In this document: positions 56,736-64,000 of the stretch, one piece after another
How positions within the stretch are numbered: position 1 is the stretch's first letter
How the letters are laid out: each line of letters begins with the position of its first letter
Assembly: GCA_951406725.2 (NCBI GenBank)
Contig: OX597815.1
Coordinates: forward strand, 80,352,001-80,416,000
DNA length: 64,000 nucleotides
Direction of reading: 5' to 3'
From: Octopus vulgaris
Lineage: Eukaryota
Made by a program: the position numbers and the translations under genes
The notes under the pieces: generated by a model
Seen by the model: only the letters and a program-made list of their open reading frames with translations
What the model was told of the DNA's origin: nothing
Databases searched by the model: none

Positions 56736-58855
56736 GTATATATATATATATATATATATATACACGTTATATATATATATATATATACACGTTATATATA
56801 TATATGTGTATGTATGTGCGTGTGCGAGCATCTGACTTAGGAACGCGGAATACACACACACACACACACATATATGCGTATTTGAAGGTTAAAGTGTCAA
56901 AGGAAATACAAATAACAGATACCAGATACATGCTTCTAATATGCAACTTTCTGAGCAACAACTGCAAAGTACGGCCTGCATCATTATTGCGCGTCACTTC
57001 CTAGTTATTGACCAATGACCCCATAGTTTTTCGTTATGTATTTAGACCAAATTGACACTATCGACTTGCTCTGCAGGAATGACAGACTTCACTTTTTATT
57101 TTGAGTATAATTTGTATACAAATTAGTTTTATTCCTTGTTGGTTAGTCTCTATTCTTTGAAAGCAAGGAATGCAACCTATAGTGTCCTTTTCATTATTCG
57201 TAACTTTGATTTTCTAACTATCCTCGTGAGAGAGTTACAAAATTTATTTTCTCTTTTCTGTATTTATGAGTACTTAAGAAAGGCAAACCATTTCAAAAAT
57301 TCTATTTTGTCTTCAATGTTTATGCTTTAGAATACTAAGCAAAAAGTTGAGTTAATGAAAGTAGAGAAGACAGTTAACTTTCATCTGATTTTTTTTCCGG
57401 TTCGTAAAAGCTATATACACATATAAGCACAGGAAAAGATTTAAAATATATTTGGAAAAAAATATTTGTAAAACTTAATAGAATTAATGAAGTCCTTAAT
57501 TTACTACGAATCGAATAGGAAATAAGATATTACCAAGAGATTTCTCAGTTTGTTTTATAAATGAGTACAATATGTATTTTCTCTCAACTTATTAAATTTT
57601 AGAGAACTTGACGATTTCAGTTGAAATGAACAAAGAACTTCATTAACTTTATCAACTTAATCAATTTTCACAAACGTTTTTTTTTACCAATACTCTTTAA
57701 ATATGTTCAAATGATTAAATTTTTTCTACAAACCACAAGACAAAAAAGAAAAAAAAGAAAGTAAAGAAAAACAAATAAAGAATGCAACAGTATTTTTAAA
57801 ATATTCATATCTACTTTTCTAAACTCTTTAAAGTTACATTTCCTTCGATTTCTCAAGCACACCGCACTGAAATTGTCTCTGATTAAAGAGTGGATAGTTG
57901 ATATATCGAGAAAAAAAACAACAGAAAAAACATTGATTCATTTAAACTACACAGAAAAGAAATTATCGTTTCTTTTAGTTATCATATCACAAAAAAGAAA
58001 ATTTCCATTTAGGATTCTCTTCATTGCAAAGAATATAAAATCATGAATGAAAAATGAATATATGAACATTCTAACCAAACTAAAAAGTGAAATCTCTCAT
58101 TCCTGCATAGTGATAAGCGTAAAAATATAACCACTGTGGTGACAATTGTCTCGATTTAACTTTCAGAGACGCATGGAAGAGCAGCAAGTGCTTTATTGTC
58201 TAGCCTTCTCTCACACAGATATGGCTATGAATAAACTATTTTTGTTGTATTTCCGACAAAACGGATGTCTGCCTAATATTTGGGAAATCTTAGCAGAGAA
58301 AAATATACATTGCACTGATTTATAAGACTCTTATAAATCTGTTTGTAAAAATTAAATTGAATCAAGAACTTCATCAATTGAAGATTTAAAAAAATATTTT
58401 TTACAAATATACTTCAAATATTTTCAAATGCTGATATGTTTTATCTACAACCTCCATCTACACACACAAAATTTAAACAGAAAAGAAAAACAGGAAACAG
58501 AGAAAACGATCAATCATTTCAAATATTCTTATCTGGTATCATGACATCTTTCAAGATTTTTAATTGCGTGTTCTTTTGAAGTGTATCACATTTAAGTGAA
58601 AAACGGAATTTTTTAAAAAGATTGTCTACGATTATAGACAAGATAAAAACTGAATTAAGAGAAAATACTTTATTAAAAATAGATGGAGAAAATAAAATAT
58701 ATTATTTCTAAATTTAAAAACCTGATGCGGTGAAGTGCAGAAAAAAAATGTTAAATTTCCTGCAATGATTCTCTCCTTTGCAATACACACATGCACACGT
58801 GCACGTGCACTCACACACACACATACACACACACACACACACTCATATACACTCT

Positions 58856-58896
<41 letters not shown>

Positions 58897-58924
58897 GCAT
58901 ACATACATGCGTGTACAAAACAGA

Positions 58925-59135
58925 TCGACAGTATGCAACGTCCTTCCTTTTGGACCAGGTGATTCGACATGTGTAGTGTGTGAAAGTGCTTGAATGTTGA
59001 TTTCGGATTGAAGACACATATGACAGTTCATATCCGATGAATCCAGTGGAAATTACATTTTTTGTCTGTCACCTATGCTTCAAACCACGCCGTTGTGCAG
59101 CAGGACTACGTAGACATCTGAGAGGTCATGGCCGG
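58925..59135 (+). pseudogene. Decayed C2H2 zinc-finger pair, possibly an RTE-type LINE C-terminus
   Basis: Broken translation STCVVCE..GLKTHMTVH and FVCHLCFKPRRCAAGLRRHLRGH, with a stop and frameshifts. Confidence 0.5.
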
Positions 59136-60517
59136 AAAGTCAGATAGGTCATTGACGAGGAAGTTCAGACAGACTGCAATCATCTGTGAAGAAGGAGTAA
59201 TCACCATATCTATGTATATATACAAACACAACTCTCAGTATTATTACAGCAAGACTAGATAAGTTTACGCTTACGATTATTGGCCTGACGCTCGGGGAAA
59301 TGGGAAAATAGAATTTGAACGTTTCGGACAGCTTACTACGTAGTATGAGTGTAAAGTAAAAAGAGTGGAGAAAAGACATCGAAAACAATCGAGTAAGAAA
59401 TTCCTTTGTCGAGCTTATCTATATTGTGGCCGTTGACTGACCGGAAGTAGATGGCCGACTTCTTGTCCACACATAGAGGAGTGAATCATAGCTGCGTATA
59501 CGTGTGAATGGAGGGCATGAAACGTAAAATTGTGAATGGATAGTTTCGTTTATGTGTATGTGTGAGTGTGTGCCTGTGTGCATGGACATACGAGTGTCTG
59601 TGTGGGATTATGTACGCATGAATATATATACTAATATTGTGTTGTGCACACCGTGTGTTCGTGTATGTGGTGTATGTTCGTGTATGTGGTGTAAATATTA
59701 CTCAAGTGTGCGTCTTTATCGATTGATTATGCATGTTTGTATACGTCTGTTACTGTGCTTCTGTGTTTCTGTACGCTACGGCATGGGCGAATTGGTTGCA
59801 TTATGTTATGAGGGGATTATGCATGTGGACATGTGGGATTTTATGTATGAATTTCAGTATGTGCGTATATTTATATTTTGTTACGTGCATCTGACGTGAG
59901 ATGGTGTATACATGTTTATGTGGATGCGGTAAATCGATGGGGCGAATCGAAATAGGTGTTAGAAAAGGGAGGATGGTGGATTGACGTCGAGGGAATGTGG
60001 GTTTGTAGAGAAAACAAATTAGTTATTCCCGGTAACGTACTAGGAGTTGTAAAACTTGGCCCGTTTGCGATTTATCTTCATTAGTGACATCATGCTAATT
60101 AAGTTTAGTTACTTTGGTTTACATTTCCATCGAGCAGTTAAACAGCCTGAGAAGTTGCAAGCGACAGCGTGCAAGATACGGCTGAAAGATTTATTAATAG
60201 GGAATGCATCATTTTCGTTAAATAACCCGAGGTGACTGACAGGAAAACATGTCTAGAGCAGATTTGTATTTACGCAATCTGTACTAGTAGGCAAAAGAAG
60301 ACATTACTGTGAAGAAAGAGATTCAAGGTATTAAATGAAGTTGTTCTTACTGGCTCTCTCTACCTTTGAAATTTTGAAACTGAGAAGGAAGGGAGTAAAG
60401 AAGTCACGTGTCATATATGTATTAATGTAAGTAGAAATTCATGTATATGCATATGTATTGATGATTATGTGTGTGTGTGTGTGTGTGTGAATTTCTATGT
60501 CTAGAATCACAAAGCTG

Positions 60518-61390
60518 CGAGGCCTGATCAATACGCATCCGGACTGTAGTCATAGTAAAGAATCTAAAGCACGCATACTGAAGCTGCTTTAGATTCTTTA
60601 CTAATTTTGCTGTGCATGTGCATTACGTTTTAACGGTCTAGCTTACTTCCATCCTTAACAGCAGTTCTTGGAAGGAAGGTTTGTTGTGTGTGATTGTCGC
60701 TTTGAGCATTACAGAACTTTGAGAAGAAAATCTGCATCAAATCTGCACATTTGCACCAAAAGCATGGCAATACCTGCTAAGAGGCCTACTCAAAGTTTTC
60801 AAAATGTTTCCATCGTTCTCGACGCAATCAAGCAGAGTTTGTGCCACTGAAACCGAAGTGGCTTTTTGGTCAGCTGAAAGCGGTTTTGGCACAAACTTAG
60901 CAGACACCTGCCTCGTACCCAAATCTTCAGTGATAATGGACTGAACTGAACCGTAACTAATCTTTACATCCTCTGATAACTCATCAATAGTGATTCAACG
61001 GTTTCCCCACACAGCTGCACGCACATCTGTGATGTTTTTCTCCGTTCTGCTGGTTGCGGGTCTCTCAGAACATTCGTCAATATCGACATTTTTCCGGCCA
61101 TTTTGGAAGCGTTAGAACCACTCGTATACTTCTGCGCGGATCATACACTCCTCTCCATACACTTTCTGCAACTTTGCGTAGGCCTCTGAACAGGTATCGC
61201 TATGACAGTTAACGATCACACGTACACACCTTCATTCCAAGTACTACTGTAAACAGCGGAAGTGAGCTAGAAGGTTACAACTTATAGCGCATGCGCAGCA
61301 GAGTTAAAGGTCGATCTTTGCCAAGCGGCTTTACTCTGCGTGCTTGTTTTCGTTACTATGGCAACAGTCCGGATACTAATTGCCATACCA
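60518..61390 (-). mobile_element. mariner (irritans-like) derivative built from two inverted 5' ends
   Basis: Terminal repeats include atccggactgt / acagtccggat. Minus-strand translation gives VYEWF..GRKM..ISYGSVQSIITEDLGTRQVSAKFVPKPLSADQK. A plus-strand copy of the N-terminus lies at 60720-60800. Confidence 0.8.
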
Positions 61391-62884
61391 TATTGGAAAT
61401 GCAGGTTTGCGTGGAGATCGCATGGTTCCCTAGGCGCCATAAACCGCATGTAGGCTTCGATTGTGAGATCTTGATAAGACATTGGTACATACCACGTCTG
61501 GTACCAGCATGACAGCTGGATATTTCTTCATTCGTTTTTATTAGACCATATGACCATGCTGGAACATTGTTGTCTGCTTCTAAATCACTTGCACACTTTA
61601 ACGTGGAGTGATGTGATTCTTTAATTAGTTTACAACGTTACATATGTATCAAAGAAAGTTTTTTTTTGTGATGTGCACAAAGATACACACGCAAACAGAG
61701 ACACATAGACACAAATACGTGCATATATCACGTATAGTTTTAATTATGCTTAATGTTTACATAATAGTGAATCTAATTATTATATAAACGCATGTATACA
61801 TATGTATATAAATACATCAAACATATATATGAGTGTATGCATAAATGCATACATCTAAGTAACATCTGTTCATCTCGGGTAGGCATCACAGATGCAAAAA
61901 GTATCTTTTCTACCTCCCTTGATCTGTTCGAAATAAGAAGGCATTAAAGCGAGATTTGTCAATCGTCTGAAACAGATTTTAAATTTTGAGATATTTTACG
62001 CATATTATCATTACAGAAATATAGAGATTCTTTATATTAACCGAAAGGAAGATATTTATAAGAAAATATCTTTTGTCTAAATTTCGATTCTCGTCACGTT
62101 AATATTTTCCTCTCTCTCTCTCCTCTTTCCCCTTACACTCACACACACACATATACACACGTTTAATATTATCTAGGTAATGACCTTACAGTGTGCTTTC
62201 CAAAGCTCCTCTCCAGGTATCGGTTACCAGATGCTATCATACGAGAATATGGAATGAATAGGCTTTATTACACATCACTATAGTTAGTTCAGTGCATCAT
62301 TATCAACTGTTAATTGCTAAATGTTACATATATTATACACGCAGTTGCATGAATGTGATTTATCAATAGCTGTATACATGCGTGTCTTCAGCTAAGAAAA
62401 ATCCAAAGCGCTGCTAGATCATCTTTAATTTCTCTCTGTTTCGTATATGTACTATGATGGCAATCTTAGCATTCCAGTGATAGAAGAGAACACGGAAATA
62501 CAAAAATATACATATGAGATTTAAATACCAAAAATAAATTAATGCAAAAAGAAATAAAAAATACTGAAACCCCGTATTCATTCTATCTTTAACCACAGAC
62601 TTGTCTGAACTTTTAGAAAAATAAGAAAAAAATTCTAAGATAATTATTTCATAAAAATATTAAATTTAACAATAAACAGTTTCTCGCGTCTGTTGCCTTT
62701 CCAGTTTATATTTTTTATTTTTCATTTGTATAATATTGTACTTTTCTGTTCTTTGTGATTGAATGCTAAAATTAACATCATGGTATAAATATAAAACGAA
62801 GAGAAACTAAAGTTGATCTAGCAATGCTTTGGATCCTACTTACCTGAACACGCGCATGTATACAGCTATCGTTGAATCATATTC

Positions 62885-63179
62885 TTTTCTACTCTAGGCA
62901 CAAAGCCCGACATTTTTGGGGAAGAAGCCGGTCGATTAAATCAATCCCAGTAAGAAAAGAAACAATCTGTTTTACTCTAGACACAAGGCCCGAAATTTTG
63001 GGGGAGGGGGCCAGTCGATTAGATCGACCCCAGTACGCAACTGGTATTTAATTTATCGACCTCGAAAGGATGAAAGGAAAAGTCGACATCGGCGGAATTT
63101 GAACTCAGAACGTAAAGACAGACGAAATACCGTTAAACATTTCGCCCGACGTGCTAACGATTCTGCCAGCTCGCCGCCT
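62885..63179 (-). mobile_element. SINE family A with duplicated tail
   Basis: A full monomer at 62972-63179 plus a tail copy at 62885-62952. Confidence 0.9.
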
Positions 63180-63220
63180 TAATCGTTGAATCATTTTAAT
63201 GCAATAATGGGCATAGTATT

Positions 63221-63421
63221 CTTTTATTCTTTTACTTATTTCAGTCATTTGACTGTGGCCATGCTGGAACACAGCCTTTAGTCGAACAAATGGACCCCAG
63301 AGATTATTCTTTGTAAGCCTAGTACTTGCTGAACTGCTAAGTTATGGGGACGTAAACACACCAACAACGGTTGTCAAGTGACGGTAAGAGGACAAACATG
63401 GATACACAAATACATACATGC

Positions 63422-63511
<90 letters not shown>

Positions 63512-63662
63512 GATGGGCTTCTTTCAGTTTCCGTCTACCAAATTCACTCAAATTCACCCACACGACTTTGGTCGGCCCGAGTCCATAGTAGAAGATACAT
63601 GCCCAAGGTTCCATGTAGTGGGACTGAACCCGGAACTATGTGGTTGGGAAGCAAGCTTCTTT
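63221..63662 (-). mobile_element. SINE family B
   Basis: Head, core, internal microsatellite and tail on the reverse strand. Confidence 0.88.
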
Positions 63663-63799
63663 GTCTCATAAATTTGCGGTAGAAACCGTACATAAATGGG
63701 ACAAACAAGGACAGACATACATGAAGAAGCTGCTTATTACGAATGAAATAGTTTCGAACGATAAAATATAAATGTCATGCTGTTAAAAATTATATCTTT

Positions 63800-64000
63800 T
63801 TTTTTTCTGTTCTATATTTAAGAGATTAGGAATTATGTACATTATTTACGTTATTTACATTTGACGGATATTTGTCCTCGTCTTTGTTGTTAACAGTACG
63901 TTTCGGCTGATATACCCTCCAACCTCCATCTGGTGTCTTGGGGAAATTTCGAACCTGGGTTTTCATTCGTAGGGTATTTTTCAATGTAATTATTATCATC
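63800..64000 (-). mobile_element. Copy of the 10070-10200 HHR-bearing tail, cut by the window edge
   Basis: gtttcggctgatataccctcc..ggtgtcttggggaaatttcgaacctggg is homologous to 10110-10170. Confidence 0.8.

Overview
This is AT-rich, microsatellite-saturated eukaryotic DNA with no recognisable intact host gene; it reads as intergenic sequence or a large intron. The SINE families and repeat landscape suggest an octopus or other cephalopod genome (inference). Nearly all ORFs in the supplied track are translations of simple repeats. The supportable content is a nest of mobile-element relics: two abundant tRNA-derived SINE families, three decayed mariner copies, a Tc1-type end, a Chapaev-like transposase, MITEs, R4/Dong-like and RTE LINE ends, and three GIY-YIG endonuclease fragments of Penelope-like elements (PLEs). 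The main non-obvious signal is RNA-level. About a dozen intact or decayed hammerhead ribozyme (HHR) motifs lie in short, microsatellite-flanked, PLE-LTR-like elements. Two stand out. The first is a two-copy family (17633-17710, 43129-43190) whose hammerhead strands occur in a non-cyclically permuted order, with a compensatory change in stem I. The second is an element joining a tRNA-like Pol III head to an HHR-bearing PLE tail next to a GIY-YIG fragment (10070-10745). All structures were paired by eye; no folding or database search was run, and many boundaries are approximate.
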